Part shown: positions 38,067-46,483 of the stretch, piece after piece
How the letters are laid out: each line of letters starts with the position of its first letter
How positions within the stretch are numbered: the first letter of the stretch is position 1
IMG/VR virus record: IMGVR_UViG_3300050015_001011
Coordinates: 1-52,740 of that record
Strand: one strand, 5' to 3'
Origin: a virus
Taxonomy: Duplodnaviria > Caudoviricetes
Length of the DNA stretch: 52,740 nucleotides
Position numbers and translations under genes: made by a program
The notes under the pieces: generated by a model
Told to the model about the DNA's origin: nothing
The model's database searches: none
The model's input: the letters and a program-made list of their open reading frames with translations, nothing else

Positions 38067-39914
38067 ATGGATAAGAAGACATCTATAAGTATATTAGATA
38101 TTTTTGATCGCGAAGTAGCGAAATGTGATACGGGAGACAATTTATACGAAGAGTTTCCAGTTAACATTGCTGAGTTTATTGATTCACCTGATTTTTTAGA
38201 TCAGAAGAAAACTATTTGGCCAGGCATCAGAGATATCTTAATAGATTTTTTTCAATTTGAGCCTGATGGTTGGCTTAAATATAATTCAGGTGTTGTTATA
38301 GCAGGCTTAGGCGCAGGTAAGTCTAAGTTTGTATCTATTGCTATTACTTATTTAGTTTATCGGTTACTTTGTCTAAGATCACCTCAACTTTATTTTAGAG
38401 AAACTCTTAAACTTGAATCCATAGAAGCTACTTCAACTATTCAGATTGTAAACTTTGCTCCTTCAGCAGATCAGGCTCGCAGAGTTGTGTTTGATTATAT
38501 ATCGTCGGATGTGGGAAATTGCGCCTGGTTTATTAAGAAGGGCTATGCTCCGGATTCAAATGTAACCTCTGAATTACGCTTTCCGAAAAACGTTACAATC
38601 ACGCCAGGTTCAAGCTCAGCCAAACCCGCCTTAGGTTTACATTTATTAATTACGGTTTTTGATGAAATGAGTTTCTTTGATAAGACTAGAGAAACTGATT
38701 ATGCGAAAGAACTTTATCAGTTGCTTACAGGGAGAATGAGAAGTAGGTTTTCTCAGTTAGATGGGCGAGCTCGTTGGCTATTCTTAGGAATTACTTCCGC
38801 ACAAACAGCTGATGATTATAGTGAAGAGTTGTTTAAAGATAGCAAGAATACTGAATATGGTTTTGCTAGAAGACTTACTTTCTGGGAAGCTAAGAGGCAT
38901 TTGTTTGCTGACTGTGCTTCGTTTGATTATAAGGTTACTGACGTGGCAGGAAATTTAATAGAGGTAATAAAGGTACCGGAAGTATATAGAGATGAGTTAG
39001 AAAGAAATCCAGTTCTCTTTTTAAGAGATGTAGCGGGTCGCCCTTCTCTTGCCGTGCACCCATTCTTTACAGATTTTTCTAAAGTTCTAAGTAGCATTGA
39101 TGAAACCTTTATAAACCCTGTTCCTGAGAAAGGTTGGGAGAGCGGAGGATATTTAAAACCGCTATCTTTTTTACCGACTGATTTGCTACAAATACTTAAA
39201 GAAATACAATTTCAGAATAAAGTTGTATCTGGAGCAAAATATATTATATCACTTGACCTTGCAAAAGGAGTTAGAGATAAACTTGGATTTGGTATGTCTC
39301 ATTTGGATTCGTATAAGAGAGAAAGTAGATTTGATAAAGATGGCAAGGCTTTTTTAGCAGAACTTCCTATAGTAGTGCTGGATTTAATAGTGAGGTTTGT
39401 AGCGTTGCCCGGAACTGAGATTTCATTTGCCGACGTAAGGGAACTTATTTTTATGTTAAAGAAGACTTTTGGGTTTGATATTAAATTAATAGTTAGCGAT
39501 TCTTTTGAGAGTTTGGATTTTAAGCAGATAATGTTAGCGGCGGGGTATGATTTTCTTGTATATTCGGCTGATACACATAGAGAAGTATATGATAACTTTT
39601 CGGAACTTATAAGTGACAAGAGAATAATATGGTATAGACATGAGCCGTTATTGTATGAGGCGCAGAGAGTAGAAGATTTAGGAGCTCGTATAGACCATCC
39701 AAGGAATTCAGGTAAAGATTTATTAGATGCGGCCTGCCTCGCAACTTATTTTGCTTCAGGCGGTAAGAAGATGGAAGAGTTAACTGGTACGAGAGTTACT
39801 GCTGCAACAACAAGAAGAGGTAAAGGAGCGTTGAGTACTGGTCTTGGTGGAGGTGGAGCTGCAGCATTAACTCCACAGCTTTCAGAAACAGTAAAAAGAA
39901 TACTTGGGGGGTAA
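38067..39914 (+). CDS. terL: Terminase large subunit
   Basis: Walker A GLGAGKS, QA..VVF, Walker B VFDE, ITS coupling motif, RNase H-like ISLDLA, C-terminal DHP...KDLLDA. Confidence 0.9.
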   Translation: MDKKTSISILDIFDREVAKCDTGDNLYEEFPVNIAEFIDSPDFLDQKKTIWPGIRDILIDFFQFEPDGWLKYNSGVVIAGLGAGKSKFVSIAITYLVYRLLCLRSPQLYFRETLKLESIEATSTIQIVNFAPSADQARRVVFDYISSDVGNCAWFIKKGYAPDSNVTSELRFPKNVTITPGSSSAKPALGLHLLITVFDEMSFFDKTRETDYAKELYQLLTGRMRSRFSQLDGRARWLFLGITSAQTADDYSEELFKDSKNTEYGFARRLTFWEAKRHLFADCASFDYKVTDVAGNLIEVIKVPEVYRDELERNPVLFLRDVAGRPSLAVHPFFTDFSKVLSSIDETFINPVPEKGWESGGYLKPLSFLPTDLLQILKEIQFQNKVVSGAKYIISLDLAKGVRDKLGFGMSHLDSYKRESRFDKDGKAFLAELPIVVLDLIVRFVALPGTEISFADVRELIFMLKKTFGFDIKLIVSDSFESLDFKQIMLAAGYDFLVYSADTHREVYDNFSELISDKRIIWYRHEPLLYEAQRVEDLGARIDHPRNSGKDLLDAACLATYFASGGKKMEELTGTRVTAATTRRGKGALSTGLGGGGAAALTPQLSETVKRILGG

Positions 39915-39963
39915 ATAATTTAGGCATAATTTTTAATTATTTTATAGAGGAGAATAATACCTA

Positions 39964-40064
39964 GTCTCCTATCCGAATGAGCCAAGGAGCATGTTCCTAA
40001 GGAGGAGACAGTTTACATCTGCCAGAAGGCTTGTCCCACCGGATCTGTTTGGAGTTCTGGCGGA
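39964..40064 (+). ncRNA. Candidate structured RNA downstream of terL
   Basis: Stem GTCTCC/GGAGAC, second stem TCTGCCAGAA/TTCTGGCGGA, possible TGAGCC/GGCTTG cross-pairing; GC-rich island after an AATTATTTTATAG motif. Confidence 0.45.
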
Positions 40065-40085
40065 CTTTTAATTTAGGAGATAAAG

Positions 40086-40301
40086 ATGATAAAGTTAAGT
40101 CGAAAGAAAGAATCCCAGCAAGAAAGAAGGTTCAGAGCAAGTATTTATGTTGATCTGTTTGTACTCAGAACTGAAAACAAAGAATATGATAGGAAAGTTG
40201 CTTTACAAAAGGTAGAAGAGATATCTAAAGGAATTCCTAATTCTTATGTCGGTGGAGTAGGTCACTTTGGAGATGGACTAACGCTTGACCAGGAAATATA
40301 A
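40086..40301 (+). CDS. Small protein with MIKLSR leader
   Basis: AGGAG RBS; leader shared with many downstream ORFs. Confidence 0.65.
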   Translation: MIKLSRKKESQQERRFRASIYVDLFVLRTENKEYDRKVALQKVEEISKGIPNSYVGGVGHFGDGLTLDQEI

Positions 40302-40310
40302 AGGAGGAAT

Positions 40311-40553
40311 ATGGGACCAATTGAGGTTATTGTAGAAGCAGCTCGCAAGCAGGAGATGGTAAATATTGTATATTCGAAGGTTAATGGCGAAACCAAAAGT
40401 TATTCGGATTTAGAGCCATATAGCCAAAGAGGTAATTGTTTATGCCTGTATGATTCTAACGCCGGTAGTATTAAATACTTTAAAATTGATGGTATTGTGA
40501 GCGCAGAAAGTACGGGAAATACATATAGTCCTCGTTGGGATGTTGAACTTTAA
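40311..40553 (+). CDS. Stand-alone WYL-domain protein
   Basis: IVYSK..GE......EPYS......YD......KYFKIDGI pattern of the WYL SH3-like fold. Confidence 0.75.
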   Translation: MGPIEVIVEAARKQEMVNIVYSKVNGETKSYSDLEPYSQRGNCLCLYDSNAGSIKYFKIDGIVSAESTGNTYSPRWDVEL

Positions 40554-40570
40554 TCAAGGGAGGCTTTAAT

Positions 40571-42001
40571 ATGGGAGAGATACTACATAATTTTACTGGT
40601 CGCAAGTTGGTAAGTACAGATATTTATAAGAACTATGATCAGCTTGTAAGAGAGGCAACAAGGAAGTTTAAGAAGACATCTAAAGATTTGTTTGGTATTG
40701 ATTTAAAGAAGATAGATGAAGATGATTTGAAAGATCAGACTGTTAGTAATGGTAGTGTTGTTGAAGGAGTTATTGTTTTGAAAGGAACGTTTAGAAAGTC
40801 GCGGCGTATGTATTCTTATTACATGGGCTTTAATGTAAAAGGAGGTGTACTTGGGAAGCCGTTAGATGTTATTTATACGCAGGATCTTGAACAGCTTCCT
40901 TTAAAGAAATCCAGTGCAAGTAAACTTTTACGGAAAGCTGATTGCGATGAAATAGTGAATATGGATGGAAAGGCGATTCAACATCTCGGTGTGTTCGCGG
41001 GAATTAAGAAATTTTTTAAGAGGGGTCAAGTAGCTCCAACAGCTCCAGGTGATACAACACGCAAGGATCTTAAGTATACTGATATAAAGAAGTATCCGCA
41101 AGAAACATTAAATCGCACAAAAGAACTTCCTGGTCCTGAAGGCGCAAAACGCCCTTTAACTAGGGTTCCTGAAGAGCAGATGGATCCAGTGGTTAGAGCA
41201 AAACTTAAAGAAGCTATCACTGCGCTTGATGCTCTTCAAAAGAAATGGGAACCAGTAAGCACTCAAATGGAGCAATTAAAGAGAGACGCAACTACTTATG
41301 AGAAGGAATTTGGTGACAAGATGCTTGAGATTTATAACCTATCTCAAAAGTTTGATGTTATCTATGATATTGTAGATGATCTTGGAACTTTTATGAATGT
41401 AGGTATTTATACTACAGAAGAAAAAGCTGTTGCACCTAAATTGGAATTAACTGCAACAGAGTTAATCAAGAAGTTAGAGGAAATACCTTGGATCAATGAA
41501 AAGATAATCGAAGTTAAGGCTGCTGCTACAATGGCTATGAAGGTAATGATACCGCCTAAGACTGATCCGAAGTTGATTCCTGAAGTTAAGATTGCTGATA
41601 AAGAAAGAGCAGTAGAAAAGAAAGAAAAGACCGCTCAAGAGAAAGATAGTACAGCCAATCGGGTTCTTGATATGTTAAAAGATTCTGTACAAAGTCTTGT
41701 TGATGCTGTTCAGAATTTTTGGAGTGGACTTAAAAGCGTGAAGGATGTTTCGGTGCAGCAAAATAATGTTCCGGAATCTGCAGTAGGTCGGCCAACAGGA
41801 ACAGAGTTGCTTACCGCAGTTATGCGAGAAGAGATCCCAAGACCTGATGATAGTGGAGCAGGTATGCTAAAGTGGCGTAGGCAGTCTAGTAGTAAGAAGT
41901 ATCTAGAAGGTAAAAAGAGTTCAGGTAGAGCAGAAAGAACTTATGAAGCTTGGGATAAGTCATACATAGATACAGAAAAGGTTAAGAAAGATCTTAGTTA
42001 G
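40571..42001 (+). CDS. Large hypothetical protein, possible internal virion polyprotein
   Basis: Modules separated by KRGQ and KTAQ motifs; coiled-coil segments. Confidence 0.6.
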   Translation: MGEILHNFTGRKLVSTDIYKNYDQLVREATRKFKKTSKDLFGIDLKKIDEDDLKDQTVSNGSVVEGVIVLKGTFRKSRRMYSYYMGFNVKGGVLGKPLDVIYTQDLEQLPLKKSSASKLLRKADCDEIVNMDGKAIQHLGVFAGIKKFFKRGQVAPTAPGDTTRKDLKYTDIKKYPQETLNRTKELPGPEGAKRPLTRVPEEQMDPVVRAKLKEAITALDALQKKWEPVSTQMEQLKRDATTYEKEFGDKMLEIYNLSQKFDVIYDIVDDLGTFMNVGIYTTEEKAVAPKLELTATELIKKLEEIPWINEKIIEVKAAATMAMKVMIPPKTDPKLIPEVKIADKERAVEKKEKTAQEKDSTANRVLDMLKDSVQSLVDAVQNFWSGLKSVKDVSVQQNNVPESAVGRPTGTELLTAVMREEIPRPDDSGAGMLKWRRQSSSKKYLEGKKSSGRAERTYEAWDKSYIDTEKVKKDLS

Positions 42002-42047
42002 TATTTTGTTGTTCAACTTTTGCTGCGAAGCAAAGAAAAGGAGAAAT

Positions 42048-42470
42048 ATGATGGTAGAAAAAGCGGGAAAAGGCAGCTTAGAAGTAACGAAGGTTTATAT
42101 CACGCCAGCTTTCAAGCGTGAGGGAAGAACAAGATTGCGGGCTTATGTAAGCATTGTTCTTAATGATTCTTTTATGGTAAAAAATATTAGAATCATAGAG
42201 AAAAAAGAAGTTAAGCCTGGTGAGAGTAAGTATTTTATTGTATTTCCGAACCGAGAAAATACACGTCCTTGTACTGCGTGCTCAGCTAAGGTTTCATTCC
42301 GCGATGAGTTTTGTAAGGTATGTGGAACGAAGTTGTCTCCAATTATTCAGGAAGCTACATACAAGGATCTTTGCCATCCTATAAAGAGGGACGTGTCCGA
42401 TGTGCTTGAGAAATGTATTTTGGATGAATATACAAAATTTCAAGAAAAAATGGTTGCTGGTGCGAAGTAG
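42048..42470 (+). CDS. SpoVG-family protein with inserted double zinc ribbon
   Basis: LRAYVSIVLNDSFMVKNIRII...FIVFP...YKDLCHPI; insertion CTAC...FCKVCG. Confidence 0.85.
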   Translation: MMVEKAGKGSLEVTKVYITPAFKREGRTRLRAYVSIVLNDSFMVKNIRIIEKKEVKPGESKYFIVFPNRENTRPCTACSAKVSFRDEFCKVCGTKLSPIIQEATYKDLCHPIKRDVSDVLEKCILDEYTKFQEKMVAGAK

Positions 42471-42480
42471 TAAATAGGAA

Positions 42481-42550
42481 ATTGTAGTTTAGAAGCTGGA
42501 AGATTTAGTAAAGTTTGTTATACACTATTTCTTCCAGCTTCTATTATAGT
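42481..42550. repeat. Long inverted repeat upstream of an endonuclease gene
   Basis: TAGAAGCTGGAAGA (42490-42503) / TCTTCCAGCTTCTA (42530-42543), perfect 14 bp, extendable with G-U pairs. Confidence 0.85.
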
Positions 42551-42564
42551 GTAAAGGAATTAAT

Positions 42565-43284
42565 ATGTCGTATATAAGAACACCGGAAATTTTAGAAAAA
42601 CAATCTAAAGCACTGATGGGGCATCTTGTCAGTAGAGAAGTACGTGATAAGATAGCAAAAGCTTTAATTGGAACAACCCGTACTGAAGAATCTAAATTAA
42701 AACAATCCAAGACAATGTCTGGCGAGAATCATCCTAATTATAATCCTAAAAATTATATTATGGAGACTAGGTATTGTGCTTGTGGCTGTTTAGCGCCTTT
42801 TGAGTGTTCTATAACTTCTGAAAAAAGTTGTCTCACAGGGCATAGTAGGCTTACTAAAGAGAAGCATGAAAATATGTCTAGAGCTACTTCCGGTAAAAAT
42901 AACGGTCATTATGGGAAGCCAGCTGCAAAAGAAGCAGGTCGCGGAAAAGTAGGAACGCGCTTAGATCTTAATCAGTTCTTTCGTTCTACTTGGGAAGCAA
43001 ATCAAGCTAGAGTTTTTAATTGGGAAGGTATTCCTTGGAAGTTTGAATCTAAAAGATTTTATTTTACTGGCGACAACGTTAAAAGTTCGTATTGTCCGGA
43101 CTTTCATATCCCAGGAACTAATATTTGGTATGAAGTAAAAGGTTATATGGATGATGTTGCGAAGAAAACCATTAAAATATTTCGTAAGCAGTATCCTAAT
43201 GAGATTTTGATAGTAATAGGTAAAGAAGAATACGGTAGAATGAGAGACACATATAAAGACTTGATTCCTAATTGGGAATCTTAA
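42565..43284 (+). CDS. Free-standing PD-(D/E)XK homing-type endonuclease (paralog)
   Basis: YIRT, ETRYCACGC..F.C, FRSTWEAN...YCPDF...WYEVKGYM...DLIPNWE. Confidence 0.8.
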   Translation: MSYIRTPEILEKQSKALMGHLVSREVRDKIAKALIGTTRTEESKLKQSKTMSGENHPNYNPKNYIMETRYCACGCLAPFECSITSEKSCLTGHSRLTKEKHENMSRATSGKNNGHYGKPAAKEAGRGKVGTRLDLNQFFRSTWEANQARVFNWEGIPWKFESKRFYFTGDNVKSSYCPDFHIPGTNIWYEVKGYMDDVAKKTIKIFRKQYPNEILIVIGKEEYGRMRDTYKDLIPNWES

Positions 43285-43285
43285 A

Positions 43286-43573
43286 ATGATTATAATTAGG
43301 AATAAAAATGGTGAGGACGTTGCTCATGTAGACGACGATAATAAGCTTTTCTTGAATAGCGGGGAACAAATAGGAGAAGTGATAAATAACAAAGTATATA
43401 GCCTACGTAATGTTTATCTAGGAGAATTGCGTAATGACATGGTTATTGCGTTAAAAACGCTTGTTCTGCAGACGCCATCTGCACCAAGAATGGGCATTAA
43501 GAAATCTGAGAGAGCTCCTTTTGTAAAGAGTGTTAAAAGAATCATACCTACCGGATATCGCAGTGTTTTTTAA
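43286..43573 (+). CDS. Small beta-repeat protein (4-fold beta-flower-like)
   Basis: Repeated N..GE.(V/I)(A/G).(V/L) units: NKNGEDVAHV, NSGEQIGEV, LRNVYLGEL. Confidence 0.55.
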   Translation: MIIIRNKNGEDVAHVDDDNKLFLNSGEQIGEVINNKVYSLRNVYLGELRNDMVIALKTLVLQTPSAPRMGIKKSERAPFVKSVKRIIPTGYRSVF

Positions 43574-43589
43574 GATGAGGAGAAAAGAT

Positions 43590-43982
43590 ATGAATAAGAG
43601 AAGAAAGGCACAAGCAGCTCCAGGAGAAAATCCTGCTGTGATAGATTGCACAGGAAAAATTTGTCCGAAGTGTGGTTCACCTCTACAACCTAAAGCCCTT
43701 CCAAGCGGTACCACATCGTGTGCATGTCCAAATTGTGATAGAAATATTGTTAATGCTAAAACAAATGCTAGAATGCTATTCGAGAAATATGTTTCAAAGA
43801 AAGAAAAGGAAACTGGTCCTTATATACCTGATGGAGAGAAAGAACAGGAAGAGGATGAGAAAGAAGTAGTTAAGAAGGAAACAAAACAAGAAGAACGGTT
43901 CAGAAAGATGTTAAAGAAAAATCCTAATTATAAGGATAAGGCCGAAAAGGATTTAGAAGATTTTGATAAAGATTTAATTTAA
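43590..43982 (+). CDS. Zinc-ribbon protein with basic leader ending in AQ
   Basis: MNKRRKAQ...CPKCG...CPNC; GAGGAG RBS before ATG 43590. Confidence 0.65.
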   Translation: MNKRRKAQAAPGENPAVIDCTGKICPKCGSPLQPKALPSGTTSCACPNCDRNIVNAKTNARMLFEKYVSKKEKETGPYIPDGEKEQEEDEKEVVKKETKQEERFRKMLKKNPNYKDKAEKDLEDFDKDLI

Positions 43983-43983
43983 A

Positions 43984-45348
43984 ATGATTAAGTTATCAAC
44001 ACAACCTAAATACAAGATAGGAGACCTCATCACTTTAAAACAAGGTGCTGAGGTAATTATTTCTGGTACGCAGGACGAGGTTCCGAGAAAGTGGGTAGAT
44101 GATGGTAAGCTTTGGGGTGTAGATCATTATGAGGAAGAATCAGGAAGGCTTAATATCAATCGCGTACTTACTCCTTATCCTGGTGCTTTTTGTTCTTGGG
44201 TATCCGAAGATGAAGTACTAGGAATAAGTTTAAGTAGACAAGCTCAAGATGATGAAGATGAGTTTGATGTAGTAGCACGCAAGTTTCTAAAGTGGACAAA
44301 GAGTTTAAATCTTTCAACTCCGAGCGCATTTATTTCTAAGAATAAATTAGAAAGATTATTTAAAGGGCTTGCTAAAACAGGGTTTATAGATAGACCGTTA
44401 CTTGAGGAACTTAGAATGGACGTAATTGTTAATTTAAAAAGTTTTGTAAGTAAAGTTAAAGAATTTTGGAAAAGATATAACGTAATGGATGAAGATGAGA
44501 AGGGGCATCTTTCTAGCATCTGGAGTGAAGGATCGTATGATAATGATGATATTGAGGCCGGAATGGACAACCTAGATGAGTTATTCTCTTTTGAAGATAG
44601 TGGCGGTGGCTTATCTTATTACGAAGCTCTATTGCAACCGGGACTTTCAGATGCAGATTTATTTCAAAGATTTAATACATTCATAAATTTTGCTCATCAG
44701 AGAATAGATTATGGCGCAGATTGGGTAGAAGGAGGTAGAGAAACTTTGGATGAATTAGCTGGCTATAAAAAAGTATTTAAAAAGAAAGCAGCAGACTTTA
44801 CTTGCATTATGCTAGAGATAGATAAGCAAGAAAGTATTTATGCTAAGATAAAGGCTATTGCAAAGAAGATAAAGAAGGAAGATCTGTCAGAAGATGGTAG
44901 AGAAGATGATTTACATGTTACGCTGAAGTATGGACTTGATACCGAAGATCCTGCCCTCATAAGGCCTTTACTTGATAGTGAAGGAAAAATTACTTTAGAA
45001 ATAAAGAAGCTCGATTATTTTGGGGCTAAGGAAACAAAGCAGGATTTTGATGTAGTTATTCTTAGAGTAGATTCTGATCAAATACAAGAACTTCATGAAA
45101 CTATAACTGATACCTTTAAGGATTCGGGCGAAACTCATCCTAAGTACTTGCCCCATATTACTCTTGCTTATGTAAAAAGGGGTTTGGGAAAAGATATCGT
45201 AATAGAATTAAGAAAGGATGCTGAAGATTTAATAGGTAAAAAAATTGTATTTAAAGAAGCTTTATTCAGTACACCAGAAGAAAAAAAGACTGTGATAAAA
45301 TTAAGTAGGCAGATAGTAAAACAAGTTAGATTAAGCAGACAAGGATAA
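43984..45348 (+). CDS. Multidomain protein with C-terminal 2H phosphoesterase (Acb1/LigT-like)
   Basis: Two HxT motifs LHVTLKYG and PHITLAYV; N-terminal SH3-like and acidic modules joined by LSRQAQ and KKKAA linkers. Confidence 0.85.
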   Translation: MIKLSTQPKYKIGDLITLKQGAEVIISGTQDEVPRKWVDDGKLWGVDHYEEESGRLNINRVLTPYPGAFCSWVSEDEVLGISLSRQAQDDEDEFDVVARKFLKWTKSLNLSTPSAFISKNKLERLFKGLAKTGFIDRPLLEELRMDVIVNLKSFVSKVKEFWKRYNVMDEDEKGHLSSIWSEGSYDNDDIEAGMDNLDELFSFEDSGGGLSYYEALLQPGLSDADLFQRFNTFINFAHQRIDYGADWVEGGRETLDELAGYKKVFKKKAADFTCIMLEIDKQESIYAKIKAIAKKIKKEDLSEDGREDDLHVTLKYGLDTEDPALIRPLLDSEGKITLEIKKLDYFGAKETKQDFDVVILRVDSDQIQELHETITDTFKDSGETHPKYLPHITLAYVKRGLGKDIVIELRKDAEDLIGKKIVFKEALFSTPEEKKTVIKLSRQIVKQVRLSRQG

Positions 45349-45350
45349 AT

Positions 45351-46058
45351 ATGCCAAGTGGAATATATGTAAGAACAATAGAGATGAATGAAAGGCAGTC
45401 TAAAATAATGACAGGAAAACTTACTGGTGATCCTCGATTAAGTAGAAAAGGTAAGCTAAATTCTCAGTATGGTAAAACCGGAGAAAATGCTCCTAATTAT
45501 AATCCGAAGAACTATATTTTAGAAACTAGAATATGTGTATGCGGCTGTAGTTTACCTTTTGAATGTTCTTTGTCTTCTAAAAAGAGATTTATTAAAGGCC
45601 ATGGTCGCATAGGTAAGATTTTTTCTGAAGAGGCTTTAAAGCTAATGTCTGAAGCAAGGAAAGGTGAAAAGCATCCTAATTTTGGAAAATCCGCTTATCC
45701 CGGCTCTGGTTATGGTAAATCTGGTAAAAGAAAAGATCTCAATAATCAAAGCTTTAGATCTACCTGGGATGCTAATGTAACTCGCATCTTTAATTATGAG
45801 GGTATACCATCAGAATATGAATGTAAAAGATTTCCTCTTATTAGGGCAGATGGTTCAAAAACGTCATATCTTCCTGATCATCATATTGTAGGAACACATA
45901 TATGGTACGAGCAGAAAGGTTATATGAGATCCGGTTGCCTGGAAAAAATAACTTTGTTTAGAGAACAGTATCCAAATGAAATTTTAATTGTAATAGGTCC
46001 TGAAGAATATAAAAGATTTAAAGAGTCTTACAAAGATTTAATTCCTAACTGGGAGTAG
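45351..46058 (+). CDS. Free-standing PD-(D/E)XK homing-type endonuclease (paralog)
   Basis: MPSGIYVRT, ETRICVCGC, FRSTWDAN...YLPDH...WYEQKGYM. Confidence 0.8.
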   Translation: MPSGIYVRTIEMNERQSKIMTGKLTGDPRLSRKGKLNSQYGKTGENAPNYNPKNYILETRICVCGCSLPFECSLSSKKRFIKGHGRIGKIFSEEALKLMSEARKGEKHPNFGKSAYPGSGYGKSGKRKDLNNQSFRSTWDANVTRIFNYEGIPSEYECKRFPLIRADGSKTSYLPDHHIVGTHIWYEQKGYMRSGCLEKITLFREQYPNEILIVIGPEEYKRFKESYKDLIPNWE

Positions 46059-46059
46059 C

Positions 46060-46440
46060 ATGAAACTATCAAGACAAGGCCAACAATCTTTTAATACCAT
46101 TTTTTGTAGCACGGGAGAAGAGAAAGCTCTTGGTTTACAAGGAGTAGTAGACATACCGAATAATACAATTCTTGCGTTCGAGGGAGTTTCCCAAGGCGAT
46201 TTCTTTCATATGAGAAATTGTGCTTTCCCGATTGACTGGTTGTGTGTATCTAATGATGGAACTATTTTAAAAAAAGAAGCGCTGCATCCAGAAGATGATG
46301 TTGCTGGAGTTGCGCCAGGCACGAAGTATGTGATTGAAGCCAAATTGGGAACGTTTAGCGGTAATAAGGGAGATCAAATAGATCTGACTAGTTTAAAGCC
46401 TTCCGGAGGATCTGTGTTTGACTTGTCCAGGAACAAATAA
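46060..46440 (+). CDS. DUF192-like protein with MKLSRQGQ leader
   Basis: EKALGLQ, FHMRNCAFPID, KYVIE motifs of DUF192. Confidence 0.75.
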   Translation: MKLSRQGQQSFNTIFCSTGEEKALGLQGVVDIPNNTILAFEGVSQGDFFHMRNCAFPIDWLCVSNDGTILKKEALHPEDDVAGVAPGTKYVIEAKLGTFSGNKGDQIDLTSLKPSGGSVFDLSRNK

Positions 46441-46483
46441 AAATGCAGGAAATTCTAATTATTTTATAGTAAAGGAGATTGTA

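Larger units (their letters stand above)
39935..46469 (+). promoter_or_regulatory. AATTATTTTATA promoter-like motif (class B, putatively late)
   Basis: Plus strand at 39935 and 46457; minus strand at 25241-25252 (exact), 11907-11918 and 3169-3180 (one mismatch each), ahead of the inverted endonuclease genes. Confidence 0.55.

Noticed and set aside
45348-46060. Group I intron carrying the endonuclease between the two LSRQG copies
   Set aside because: Only 2 nt and 1 nt flank the ORF; no room or recognisable P/Q/R/S elements for a ribozyme core
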